Shown here piece after piece: positions 44,460 to 56,964 of a stretch of DNA of 64,000 nt. Source of the DNA: Heptranchias perlo (lineage: Eukaryota); assembly GCF_035084215.1 (NCBI RefSeq), contig NW_027139623.1, positions 2,418,001 through 2,482,000 of the forward strand, given 5' to 3'. How positions within the stretch are numbered: position 1 is the first letter of the stretch; every line of letters starts with the position of its first letter. Position numbers and translations under genes: made by a program. The notes beneath the pieces were generated by a model that did no database searches, had not been told where the DNA came from, and worked only from the letters and a program-made list of their open reading frames with translations.

Positions 44460-45175
44460 TTTGGTTAGGGAGTGTCTGTAAATGATGGAAACATGGTGTC
44501 TGGTAAGGGAGTGTCTATACATGAAGGAAAAACGGTGAAGGGTCAGGGAATATCTATAAATGAAAGAGAAATGGTGACGTGTCAGGGAGTGTCTATAAAT
44601 GAATTTGAAATGGTGTCTGGTAAGGGAGTATTATAAATGGGAGAAGACATGGTGACAGGTCAGGGAGTGTCTAAAAATGAAGGCGAAATGGTGACGGGTG
44701 ACGGAGTGTCTATAAAGGAGGGAGAAATGGTGACAGATGAGGCAGTGTCTGTAAATGATGGAGAAATGGTGACTTGTCAGGCAGTGTCTGCAAATGAAGG
44801 AGAAATGGTGTTTGTTCTGGGATTGTCTGTAAATGAAGGCAAAATGGTGACTGGTCAGGGGGTGTCTGTAAATGAAGGAGGAACGGTGATTGGTCCGGGA
44901 GTGTCTGTAAATGCAGGAGAATTGTTGACAGGTCAGGTAGTGTCGACATCTGAAGGAGAAACAGTGATGGGTCAGGGAGCGTCTAATAATGAAGGGAAAT
45001 GCTGACGGGTCAGGGAGAGTTTGTAAATGAAGGAGAAATCTGAAGGAAAAGAGAGCATCTATAAATGTAGGAGAAATGGTGTTTGATCAAGGAGTGTCTG
45101 AAAATGAAGGAGAAATTGTGACAGGTCAAGGATATTCTTTAAATGAAGGAGAAATGGTAACTGGTCAGAGACAGT
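44460..45175. repeat. 39-bp minisatellite
   Basis: GTGTCTGTAAATGAAGGAGAAATGGTGACGGGTCAGGGA units (13-aa period in ORF 44637-45005). Confidence 0.9.
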
Positions 45176-45973
45176 CTGTCGCCAAAATTGGGAGATATCA
45201 CAGATGGACGGCTTACAGGCAGCTATAGCGAGGGACATTGTGTAGAAATGAGGGGCAGAGCATATACACACAGCCAGATTCAGCATATTCAGGAGAGGAG
45301 AGGGGAACCAGTGAGTGTAGAACTGATCCCAACCAGAGTCAGCACCTTCAGGGGAGGAGAGGGAGGGGAACCATTCAGTGCAGAACTGAACCCAGTCAGA
45401 GTCAGGATCTTCAGGAGAGAGAGAAAACTTAAATAGAAGGAAAAATGTTGGAGATGGTGTGATGGGTTTGGGTTTCAGCAGAGGGAGGAGGGTGAGTGTC
45501 TGGACGGGGATTTACAGTCTGGGGGAATGAGCGGGAAGAATGTTCCACAGGAACTGGAATGGCCTGTTCTGAATTTCTATCCTGTATTCACAGTGAGGAC
45601 TTTTGTTATCTCCTTTTACAGGGTATTACAAGGGGTGGATTTGCAGACGAGAAACTCAAACCAAACATCACGTCAAGATCTGACTCCATTCACCAGCACC
45701 TGAAGATTATCGGCCTTAAAATATAGGAGAAAGGTTGATCTGTTCTATCTGTGGGAAAACATTTCAAACATCACTGTGACTGCAATAGCAGCGAGACACA
45801 CACACCCGATTGAGAGTGTTCCAGTGCACTGACTGTGGGAAGAGCTTTCACCAGTTACACAGCCTGAAGAAACATCACACCATTCACAGTGGAGAGAAAC
45901 GAGACACGTGTTCTCTGTGCAGACGAGACTTCTACTGATCTCCAACGTGGAGAGAGAGAAGGACACCCGCACC

Positions 45974-46648
45974 ATGGAGAAACCGTGGAAATGTGGGGAA
46001 TGTGGGAGGGGATTCAGTTACTCATCCCGGCTGGAAACTCATCGACGCAGGCACAATGGAGAGAGGCCATTCACCTGCTCCGTGTGTGGGAAGGGATTAA
46101 CTCAGTCATCCAACCTCATTGAACATCAACTTGTTCACACTGATAAGAGACTTTTTAAATGTTCTGTCTGTGAGAAGAGCTTTAAAAGAAAAAGTGATCT
46201 GCTGACACACCAACGCACTCACACTGGGGAGACGCCGTTCACCTGCTCCGTGTGTGGGAAGGGATTCACTCAGTCATCCAACCTGCTGACACACCAGCGA
46301 GTCCACACTGGGGAGAGGCTGTTCACCTGCTCCGTGTGTGGGAAGAGTTTCACTCGATCATCCCACCTGCTGAGACATCAGCAAGTTCACACTGGGGAGA
46401 GGCCGTTCACCTGCTCCGTGTGTGGGAAGGAATTCACTTGTTCATCCGGCCTCATTGAACACCAACTTGTTCACACTGATAAGAGACCCTTTAAATGTTC
46501 GAACTGTGAGAAGAGCTTTAAAAGAAAATGGGAACTGCTGAGACATGAACGTATTCACACTGGGGAGAGGCCCATCACCTGCTCTGTGTGTGGGATGGGA
46601 TTCACTCAATCATCCCACCTGCTGAGTCACCAGCGGGTTCACATGTGA
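45974..46648 (+). CDS. C2H2 zinc-finger protein, 8 tandem fingers
   Basis: Eight CxxC...HxxxH fingers with TGERPF-type linkers; ACCATGG start; acceptor TTTTACAG at 45614-45621; AATAAA 46791-46796; decayed fingers upstream. Confidence 0.9.
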   Translation: MEKPWKCGECGRGFSYSSRLETHRRRHNGERPFTCSVCGKGLTQSSNLIEHQLVHTDKRLFKCSVCEKSFKRKSDLLTHQRTHTGETPFTCSVCGKGFTQSSNLLTHQRVHTGERLFTCSVCGKSFTRSSHLLRHQQVHTGERPFTCSVCGKEFTCSSGLIEHQLVHTDKRPFKCSNCEKSFKRKWELLRHERIHTGERPITCSVCGMGFTQSSHLLSHQRVHM

Positions 46649-46939
46649 CTGCAGGGGTTGGATTCTGCTGTTATTGCTGATGTTAATCACATCCAGGACT
46701 GAACCATGTTCATTCTGACTGTTGGGGGTTGTTTCTGATGTTAATAATCCCTTTAACTGGGCTGGAGTTTAATATTCTGTACAAGTGTCAAATAAATAAG
46801 CTTTCATTTGAACACAGTGTGTCCAGTCCTTGATATCTCGATGATAAGAGAGGCAGTTTGAGAACTCATGATGAAGTGAGTGGAATCCATCTTATCACTG
46901 AGTTCCTCCACCAATTTAAAAAATGGATCTACAAGATGT

Positions 46940-47300
46940 CCAAGTCTGACAGGACAGAAAATTCCATTAAATCACAGGGTCCACTTCAATCAGCCTGAGC
47001 AGATTTCCACTACCCTTGTGTGAAAAAGAGATTCCTGATTTGAATCCAAGACACCCTAGCTCTAAATTTAAGTTTATGACCTCTTGTTCTGGATTCACTG
47101 ACGAGAGAAAATAGTTTTTATTTCCACCCTATCGAATCCCTTTATAATTTTAAATATCTGGATCAGATCACCCCCCAACCGTTGAAACTCAAGGGAATGC
47201 AAACCCAGTTTGTGCAACCGGTCCTCATTAATTGAACCCTTCAAGCTTCAGTCTCATTCTGGTGAATCTGCACTGTCCTCCCTCCAAGGCCAATATATCC
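46940..47300 (-). mobile_element. Decayed CR1-like LINE 3' fragment
   Basis: CACTACCCT.TGTG.AAAA and GACCTCTTGTTCTGGA motifs typical of CR1 3' ends read antisense. Confidence 0.45.
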
Positions 47301-47304
47301 AATA

Positions 47305-47712
47305 TGTCCCAGCACTGACTGTGTGTATAACAGGAGTGACTCACCCAGCACTGACTGTATGTATAACAGGATTGGGTGTCCTAGCACTGACTGTGTGTTC
47401 AACAGGACTGAGTGTCCCAGCACTGACTGTGTGTATAACAGGACTGAATGTCCCAGCACTGATTGTGTGTATAACAGGACTGAGTGTCCCAGCACTGACA
47501 ATGTGTATAACAGGACTGAGTTTCCCAGCACTGACCATGTGTATAACAGGACTGAGTGTCCCAGCTCTGACAATGTGTATAAAAAGGACTGAGTTTCCCA
47601 GCACTGTCTGTGTGTATAACAGGACTGAGTGTCCCATCACTGACTGTATGTATAACAGAAGTGAGTGTCCCAGCACCGACTGTGTGTATCACAGACCTGA
47701 GTGTCCCAGCAA
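47305..47712. repeat. 36-bp minisatellite, ~11 copies
   Basis: CCCAGCACTGACTGTGTGTATAACAGGACTGAGTGT units. Confidence 0.92.
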
Positions 47713-47799
47713 TGATCGTGCGTAGAGTATACATGGGCTGTGAGCGAAGATAAATGGGTTGGGTAGAATCCATGATAGGTTGGAGTGACATGGGGTTGT

Positions 47800-47930
47800 C
47801 GATGGAGATTAAATCGGTTGGAGGAGGTTACAGAGATAGGGAGCGGGCGAGGACCATGGAGGGATTTGAAAACGAGAACGAGTGTCTTAAAATCGAGGCT
47901 TTGCCGGACCGGGAGCCAATGCAGTAACAC
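47800..47930 (-). mobile_element. L2/CR1-like LINE fragment
   Basis: Peptide LHWLPVRQSLDFKTLVLVFKSLHG. Confidence 0.7.
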
Positions 47931-47946
47931 ACGAACAGAAACTTAC

Positions 47947-48067
47947 GGTTCACTGCCCGGCAGACAGATGGGGAAGACATTGATGTCCACGGAGGAACAG
48001 TCAGGGTCACAGCAGCAGTCGAGTTCGCAGACTCCGCCAGTCAGGTCACAGGTACAAATGGGAACGG
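47947..48067 (-). CDS. Internal 121-bp exon of a tectonic family gene (TCTN1/TCTN3-like Cys-rich N-terminal domain)
   Basis: TTCCAG| acceptor, |GTAAGT donor, open frame VPICTCDLTGGVCELDCCCDPDCSSVDINVFPICLPGSE matching tectonic CxCDL...C..CCCDxDC. Confidence 0.85.
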
Positions 48068-48269
48068 CTGGAACAAGACACACACAGTGAGATCTTACAA
48101 CAGAGCACGGACGGTCTCAAAGACCACCTCCCTCCCTTGTCTGAATCCACGATCACCGTCTTCACCATCTCCCAAAATCAATCTGCAGACTTATCCTCCC
48201 ACTGCTTTCTACTCACCGAATTACAGCTTCCAGATACCCAGCACAACCCACTTAATAAATAATAATAAT

Positions 48270-48840
48270 TATGCGGATAGAATAGAGAAGCTGGGATTAC
48301 TCTCTTTGGAGCAGAGAAGGTTCAGGGGAGATTTACCAGAATGGTACCGGGGATGAGGGACTTCAGTTCCCGGGAGAGACTGGAGAAGCTGGGATTGTTC
48401 TCCTTCGAGCAGAGACGGTTCAGGGGAGATTTAATGGAGGGGTTGAAAATGAGGAGGGGTTTTGATGGAGTCGATGGGGAGAAACTGTTGCCACAGGCGG
48501 GAGGGTCGGTAACCAGAGGACACAGATTGAAGGGAATTGGGAAAAGAGCCAGAGGGAGATGAGGAGAATGTTTTTAGGCAGCGAGTTGTTCTGATCTGGA
48601 ATTCACTGCCTGAAAGGGCGGTGGGAGCAGATTCAATAATAACTTTCAAAAGGGAATCGGCTCAATCCTTGAAGGGGGGAAATTTGCGGGACTGTGGTGA
48701 AAGAGCAGGGGGAGTGGGACTAATGGGATCGCTCTTTCACAGGGCCGGCACAGGCGCGATGGGCCGAGCGGCCTCTTTCACAGAGCCGGCACAGGCGCGA
48801 TGGGCCGAGCGGCCTCTCCCTGTGCTGTTTGATTCTCGCT
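48270..48840 (+). mobile_element. CR1 LINE 3' end with local duplications
   Basis: RLEKLGLFSFEQRRFRGDL, TRGH, WNSLP peptides; 41-bp tandem duplicate near 48732-48815. Confidence 0.85.
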
Positions 48841-48849
48841 CACTTTCGG

Positions 48850-49260
48850 GCTCCGACCCACGGCCCGTTTGACCGAGAGGCGGGAGAGTGACTCCCCCCC
48901 GAGCCCAGCTCCACACCGGGCGCTGACAGAGTTCAGATTCACGGGGCCCACAGGAGGCCCCGAGTAACTCCGCCCGCCACCCCTCTCAGGCCACTCCCCG
49001 GTGCGGGCCCTCCCTCTGTCGGTCCCTCCCCCGCCCACAGCAGCGCCCGTCCGCCCACCGGCCTTGGGCCGCAATCATCATCCTCCGGGCGCGGGCCTGT
49101 TGCTAAGGCAACGCGGCGCAAGGACGTCAGCGCGGTAAGGTGAGTGACGCTGCTGCGTGATGCGTGTAACGTGATGGGAGGAGTCAGCCCGGGGTAGTGG
49201 GGGTGGGGGTGGAGGTGGTGAGAGCTGTCAATCAATGGGCCCGGAGTCAGCACTCACTGC
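48850..49260 (-). promoter_or_regulatory. CpG-island promoter with RFX X-box
   Basis: GC/CpG-rich; GTTGCTAAGGCAAC at 49099-49112; GACGTCA and TGACG nearby. Confidence 0.7.
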
Positions 49261-49844
49261 GCAAAGGGTTTGGAGAATTTGTTCAAAAATGCAAAATCTG
49301 CAATAATGAAATTAAAATATAAAGGTACATAAAAGGGAAATAATTGCAAATAAAATAACCTGAATTAAAAACAGAAACGTCCAAACTCATATAAGGCTGA
49401 TGGTCTGGGTCCTCCCGCCACTATTAGTCTTCTCTCCCTGGGGCAGAGGATGAGCAGAATGATTGAATGTAACCTTTTTAATGCAGAGGGCGCTGGATGG
49501 ATGGAATGAACCAGCGAGCGAGGCAGTGGGGCCTGATTATATCAGCAAATTCCAGAGAGTTGGCGAAATACCTGACAGCAGTACCTTGGGATATGACAGA
49601 CTAGAAATTGGGACCTTTAAATTTTGGACATGTGCAGTAGCTTTTCGTGATTGGTGCACCTAGACACCCAAATCCTTTTGCTCCTCTGCAGCCCCTAGTT
49701 TCACATCACTAAGAAATTAATCCTATTTCTCACCTGGTCCTGCAATAGATGTTCTTTTTATAACTCCCCACATCTTTACTGTCCGGCTGTGTTTCCACTG
49801 TTCACTGTCCAATAACAGCACACACGGTGAGACTGAAACTTTTA

Positions 49845-50600
49845 AAAAATATTTCAAGATTTATGGATACACACAGTTCAATGTAAATATCACAATTGCA
49901 ATTCAAAACAATAGTATGGATATCGTACACGCTACGATTCCGTTATTACAATTGAAAACGTAGAACATATTTTCAAATACGTGCTGAACAATACAAGGTA
50001 AAATGGCCTTACAAGGTGGTCTTTCCCCATAGAGCCTTTGGGCAGGCCGCACCTTACTTCAGTGCTTCCCACAGCACCGACTCCTGGGCCTTCCATCGTG
50101 AACAGCTCCTTCACCTGGAAGACCAGCTGGTTTTAGGAAGACCAGCGGGCCTCCTTCACCGAGTTGATGGCCTTCCAGCAGCAGTTCATATCTATCTGGA
50201 GGTGCGTCCAAGGGAACTGCCCGCAGAGCACTGCATCCTGTGTTACCGAGCTGTTGGGGGTGAACCCCTACTTCGACTCCACGGTATAGGGATCCTGTCT
50301 CTAAGGAGGGGCGGAGGGGCGGGGGGTTATCACCTTTTACCTGAATACATGGATCGATTCGCTCACATTCATTTCAGTGTTTGGCAAACAGTGTGTGATG
50401 TGCTTCACACACCTGTCGAACTTTGGGATTAGAGACGTAGGGGGTAATGTCGGGCCTGTTCTATGAGGGGCGGGTGATCCGCTCCACCAGTTCAGCCACC
50501 AGCGATGGTGAAATTTTCCCTCCACGTGTTGTGAACCTGTGCAGTTTGAGACAATGGACCAGCTTGTGGGCTTCCAAGATTAATACTAGGGCGTAGGTCA
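49845..50600 (-). mobile_element. Tx1/L1-clade LINE 3' fragment
   Basis: Similar to the 3' part of 56965-59092 (CCWKAINSVKEA.W peptide, shared 3' UTR). Confidence 0.7.
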
Positions 50601-50608
50601 GGAAAGGT

Positions 50609-51078
50609 GTTTTTTTTTATTCGTTCACGGGATGTGGGCGTCGCTGGCAAGGCCGGCATTTATTGCCCATCCCTAATTGCCCTTGAGAAGGTGGTGGTGA
50701 GCCGCCTTCTTGAACCGCTGCAGTCCGTGTGGTGACGGTTCTCCCACAGTGCTGTAAGGAAGGGAGTTCCAGGATTTTGACCCAGCGACAATGAAGGAAC
50801 GGCGATATATTTCCAAGTCGGGATGGTGTGTGACTTGGAGTGGAACGTGCAGGTGGTGTTGTTCCCATGCGCCTGCTGCCCTTGTCCTTCTAGGTGGTAG
50901 AGGTCGCGGGTTTGGGAGGTGCTGTCGAAGAAGCCTTGGCGAGTTGCTGCAGTGCATCCTGTGGATGGTCCACACTGCAGCCACAGTGCGCCGGTGGTGA
51001 AGGGAGTGAATGTTTAGGGTGGTGGATGGGGTGCCAATCAAGCGGGCTGCTTTATCTTGGATGGTGTCGAGCTTCTTG
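50609..51078 (-). mobile_element. HER1/HE1-like LINE 3' end with poly(A)
   Basis: KLDTIQDKAARLIG...HSLHHRRTVAA peptide; GGGCAATAAATGCCGGCCTTGCCAGCGACGCCCACATCCC tail then A-run. Confidence 0.75.
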
Positions 51079-51984
51079 GTGTGGCCCATTTTATGTATCC
51101 CCGCCTGGCGGAAATGGCGTGTCAGAGGCTAGTAAATGGTGTCAGGTCACTTACCGCCCCTTTAACGTTGGAGTTCCTGCCTCCACCATCGTGGGTCGGG
51201 TCCTGAGAAGAGCGGCCGGAGCAACACCCACCTGTTTCCGGTCAGACCACGTGTAATATGTAAATCAGAGTATTATGACGTACAGGTGACACCATTTAAT
51301 GTCAGTTACAAATGGGTGGAGGAGCCGCCCTATCGATGGGCATTGAGTGATCCAGAACACTGAGAAGTTTATTTTTAACTTATATTTTGCTGTGCGAGGA
51401 GGAGAAGGTGAGCTTTCCCTTGGCCTGCTATGGCCATGAGAAATATCGCGACCCCTGTTCGTCTCAGAAAGATATCAGGAGGTTTCCTTATAGATCTGTG
51501 TAACCAGGCCCAGCCTCATGTCCCATTAAACTCCCTGCAGTGAGTAAACTTTGCTTCACAGCAGCTCAGAGAGGAAACGATCTCCGGAACTCCCCACTGG
51601 AGTTTGAAATTACATTAATATTTTACCAGTTGATAACGGTCCGGATGAGGATTTGATTTTATTCATTTCAGGATCAAGCATTGAATATTGAAATCATATT
51701 ATTTCCAGACTAATAACAGCAAACCATTTCATGTTAGAAACACATCTTGTATCATTTCACAACACCGCATTTGTCGGGTAAAATATAATTCCTGTCTGGT
51801 ATTTCCAAATGTATTTAAAGTATTGGATTGATATCAGTTATTTTAGTGAACTCATTGATGTCAATGGATAGTAAAATCAGGCGCGGTGAATAACGGGCGC
51901 CCGATCCGTTACGTCCGTCTTATGCCACCGCCAAACGTGAAAATCTACTCCAATAGACGACTTTTTAGTTAATTTAGTTGATTT

Positions 51985-54900
51985 CTATGATTTAACTAAT
52001 CTAACAATTAGATTCAGTGGGTATTTAAGCCCGTTCTTCAGCTCCTCTCTGAATTTAGTCTGGGTCACAGCATAAATACACGTGTTGGTGCAGGAACTGA
52101 GAAGTTGAAGCATGAATCCGGCTGATTCAATGTCACTGACCGGATAGTACTGGGCGTTTGTTATTCGCAGAGAGATAATATAAAAAACGACTGTGCTCAA
52201 TAACAATATAAAACTGCCTGATATACTGAAGAGTAAAATGATGGATTTCCTTCGGTTCTCCATCTCTGGATCCTTGTGATTCTCTCCATTGCTGCGGCCC
52301 CGGAGTCCCCTGCGGACTCTACTGGCCGCTAAAATGTGCCTGGCGGTGAGAACATTGAACAGTAAAATCAGAATGAATGGGAGACACGGCATTAACACGA
52401 GATTAATCAAGTCAAACGCTGCCCATGCGGGTGAAGTAAAAAATGTCGGTTTCAAGACACAACCCCGGGGTACATTGTCCATTATATATTCCTGGACAAA
52501 TACAAAGTACCAGGGAATGTTTAGTAAACAGCTCAGCGCACTCACCACCCCGATAACAACAGCCGCCGTTTTCTCGGTGCAATATTTTGTTTTCAGCTTC
52601 TGACAACAAATGGCGACAAATCGATCAAAGGTGAAAACCACTGTAAACCAGACAGAGGCCGCTGTGGTTGCATAGATCAGGATGGCGATGAGACGGCACA
52701 CGGGGGTAATGGTCAAGAATGAAACTGGGAAATAAATCTCAACAATGCGCCACATTATGACATCGGTGATAACGACCAGGAGATCGGCCGCCGCCATTCC
52801 CACCAGGTAGCGAGTGATACATTTGGAGAGTCCGCACTTTCCTCGGGACAGGATCACAATCGCCACCAAATTAACTGTAAGAGAGAGAAAAGGAAGGAGA
52901 GAAATTACTGATCAGACCTGGAGTCAAAGCACCAGTTGAGAGGATCTGGGGTAAAATTTCTAGCTTTGTTGCTGCATCAAACGGTTGAAACTGATTCACT
53001 GACCTTGGCAGCGCTTTCGGGCACAGAAATGCTTTTAAACACAATGATCAATAATGAATTGGGAAATTGATACAGAAAGTGAGTAAAGTGAGCACCAGAT
53101 CCACTGGAAGGGCCGAGTGAGGGGGCAGTGCCAGTGGGGAAGGAAGGAGGGATTTAAACACCGGGAATCCAACGGGTTAAATCCGGATTTGGGCTCCAGA
53201 TGGACGGGAAAGTGAGCGAGGGCCGGCAAGGTGAGGGGACAGAGGCGGGTCCTGCTGGTTTGTTGCTGTGGGTGGAGAGAGTCGACAGGGGCCGGCACAA
53301 AACGGGAAAGACCGTGATCCGTGGCGGTGAGTTGGAGGCTTCGGATTGGATTAGAAGAGGCAACTGGAGGCCGAGCGAGCGAGTGAGATTGGGAGGGAGA
53401 GCAAGGAAAAGGGCATGTATGAGCTGGAGGGGAATCAGTAGCAGATAGTTTGGGAAAGCGAATGAACTGAAGGAACGGATGAGGAGACGGAGGATTCGAT
53501 GCCGTCGGAGGAGAGGCTGGGATTCACAGGGAGAGACTGCAGCAGAGTGTTAGAGGAAATCTAATCTAGTCCAACTCACACAATCCAATTAATGAATTCA
53601 ACCATTAATTTCTGTGGTTATTGGTGTCAATAAACTGCTCGTTGTTTCCATAATGTGTTCAATAAATTTTCTTTGCAAATTCAATTAAAATTACATTAAA
53701 ATACAATCATTGAATTCTCCTCGTTCTTCATTGAATAAAGCTGACACATAGCTTCTAGAATGCAATATCCCCATAATTCAATGCGATCAAGGAAGCACTG
53801 ATTTTATTCTTTAAATACATTTCAATTATGTTTATATATTCAATCAGTGAACAAGTAAAAGGAACATTCACATAAACAGACTGAGGATCTGATAGTGATA
53901 AACACACCCGGAGAGAGTACAATAAAACTCTCACAATCTGACAACATCCTAATAACACCTTCAAGTGACATTTCCTCTTCATAATTATACTGGAAGTTTT
54001 AGCAGTTCATTCCAATGGATGATTCACACCGCTGCTGCTCTGTCTCTCCCCCCTCTCTCGTTCTCTGTGTGTGTATCTCTCTCTCTGTCTCTCTTTTTCT
54101 ATCGTTCCTTCTCCCCCTATCCCTCGTTTTCCTTCTCAGTTTCATTCTCGATCGCTCCTCTCTATCTCTCCGCACTCTCTCTACTCTCTTTCTCAATGCC
54201 CCTTTTCAGATCCGACTAAATCCTAACATCCTGCGCCTGCTTTCTTTTCACCAGCCCCTTGTTCCAATGATCCTATTCTTAGTGCCAGTTTATGAAATAG
54301 TGAACCCTCTGTGAATATTTTAATGTTTCCACAAATCATCCAACTCTCCAGCTGTTCACCTACACTGTTCACTTCATCTACAATGCATGGAGTGAACAGA
54401 ATCGAATGCCTCTCCCAGACACACCTCACAATAATTAAAATTCCTTCTCCTGCAATTACAAAGTACAGCGTTAGATGGCGGCATTGTTCAATTAACAAAA
54501 CGCCAACATCACCGCTGCTGCTTCCAATCTATCGATAAATAGAACGGCTCATGATCTCAACAGAAACAGTGCAAACTGACAAAACGTAACCTCAAAACAT
54601 TGCATTTTACAGTGAATTCATCGACAGTGAAGCAGAGAATGAGATGTGAAAGAATCAGCAACAAACTCAGTTCAGTAGCCAGACATCTGAAGCGGTGTCA
54701 GATACACACACAATGAAATAATCTTCCATAACAGTGATAACCAATAAATACATTGAAATCCCTGTTAAACCGTACCATGTTATAGGGGAGGGAGGACATT
54801 GCGCCGCCTCCTTGTGACACCGTGACCGTGAGCTGTCTCATTATCAATCACTGAAAACACATTGATGAAAAAATATTCCAGGAGAGTTTAGTTCCACAAC

Positions 54901-55264
54901 ATGAAACTGTTCACAGCTCCTGATGGTCTGAGACCAGCTCTTAGCCCAGACACCTGATTCCAATACATTCAGTACAGGGAATAATCCAGTAACAATGCCA
55001 AGGTTGGATATACAAGATCATAAGGCATACAATGCAGCTGCTATAAGACAACAATAGCAGAGACTTAGGACAATCGATCAACTGATAGAACAGAACAGTC
55101 CACTGTGTAATACACGATGGGAGAAAAATAGTGCCAAATACAGCAGCAGAGTTAATATCGATTTAGACCATGAACAGCTGAGATAATGGCTTACCTGGAA
55201 CTCCAACGGCTGCAAGAACAGGATAATAAATACATTCTATCAGATACATTACTGAATATCCCAT
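51985..55264 (-). CDS. Class A GPCR, GPR139/GPR142-like; exon 1 55195-55264, exon 2 51985-52874; 319 aa
   Basis: Exon 1 MGYSVMYLIECIYYPVLAAVGVP(G|GTAAG) joins phase-1 acceptor TTACAG|TT AAT; 7 hydrophobic segments, FDRF motif; TATAAAT at 55349-55355. Confidence 0.9.
54040..54195. repeat. CT-rich low-complexity tract in GPCR intron
   Basis: Degenerate (CT)n. Confidence 0.8.
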
Positions 55265-55749
55265 TTCTGTGAGAAGCAATGATTTCCGTTGGCCTGGAAA
55301 CCGCAGCTCCGGCAGGCACTCTGTGTGGATTCATGACAGCGATCCCTGATTTATACAGGGGGTAAATCTCCACTGACACGGCTATACCCCTGATCATTGC
55401 TATTAGTTACAGTCATTTGAACAAACACATTTCTTCAGCAGCTTTGCCTCCTTGTAAATGATGACGTGGATATATCACAAACATCTCAAAGTTCAGAACC
55501 TTGTCTTAATGAGACCTCTCTCAGGAATAAAGTTAAAAGCTGTGCTCAGAAAGTACTGGTCCAACAACAATGAGCGGCTTCATTTAGAGTTTTCATATAA
55601 TTGTATTGACCATGTTCACTCCTGCCGATTCAATTATAAATTTTACAGATTTCTCCACATTGTGCATTGAATCCAGGGACACAAGTAAACCCGTTTCACT
55701 CTGTTCCTGCAGTTTCCCAGTTAAAGTATGAATTTTGAGTCTCTGACAC

Positions 55750-56960
55750 GAAGACAGTCTCTAAAAGGGACTCCATCCTTTCAGGCAGTGCTTAACAACC
55801 CTCTGTGTAAAAAATATGCTCCACATTTCCCCTCTAGTTGTTTTGGCAATTATTTTAATCCTATGACCTCTAGTTACCAATCCAGTTGCCAGAGTATGCA
55901 GTTTCCACTATTTGATCTATAAAAAACCCTCATTATTTTGAACACCACTAATGGTCTCCCCTGAGCCTTCTCTGATCTAAGGAGGACAATCCCAGCTTCT
56001 CCAATCCCTCCACATAACTGAAGTCACTCATCCCTGGCATCACCCAGGTAAGTCTCCTCTGTACCCTCTCCAATGCCTTGACATCCTTCTTAAAGTGTGA
56101 TGCCCAGTGTTGCACACAATACTCCAGCTGAGGCCTAACCAGTCTTTTTGTGAAGGTATAACATGACTTCCCTATTTGTGTATTCAATGCCCCTATGTAA
56201 AAACCCGTGTATCCCATACGCTTGCTTAACCACCTTATCAACTTGCCCTGCCACTTTCAAAGATTTGTGAATATGGACCCCCAGGTCCGACTTCTCTTCC
56301 GCCGCCCTCAAAACAGTACATTGAGTTACATCGAAACCACAGCACAGAAACAGGCCATTCGGCCCAACTGGTTTATGCCAGCTTTTAGGCTCCACACGAG
56401 CCTCCTCCCTCCCTACTTCATCTATCCCTATCAGGACACCATATTTCTTTCTCCCTCTTCTTCTCATCTAGCTTCCCTTTCAATGCATCTACGTTATTTG
56501 CCTCAACTACTCCCTGTGGTAGCGCGTTCCACATTCTAACCACTCTTTAGGGAAAGACGTTTAACCTGAATTCCTGGATTTATTAGTGACTATCTAATAT
56601 TTATGACCTCTAATTTTGGTCTCCCTCACAAGTGGAAACATTTTCTCTACATCTACCCTCCCAAAACCTTACAGAAAAGAGATCCATCCTGTTCAGCCTT
56701 TCCTGATAAGGATAACCTCTCAGTTATGGTATCACCCTTGTGAATCTTTTTTGCACCATCTCCAATGCCTTTATATCCTTCCTATAATATGGCGACCAGA
56801 CTGTGCACAATACTCCAAGTGTGGCCTAAACAAGGCTCCATAAAAGTTTAACATAGCTTCTTTGCTTATCAATTCTATTTCTCTAGATTTGAAACCCAGT
56901 GCTTGATTTGCCTTTTTTTAACCTGCGTCGCTACTTTTCGTGATTTGTGTATTTGTGCCC
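55750..56960 (-). mobile_element. Nested CR1 LINE fragments
   Basis: LVRPQLEYCVQHW...ALERVQRR...LEKLGL..L.QRRLRGD peptide; second fragment with CR1-type tail near 56310-56660. Confidence 0.8.
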
Positions 56961-56964
56961 GAAG

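Noticed and set aside
48217-48255. Possible upstream tectonic exon ending at G|GTGAGT
   Set aside because: The frame needed to join the 121-bp exon contains a stop; exon 1 could not be resolved
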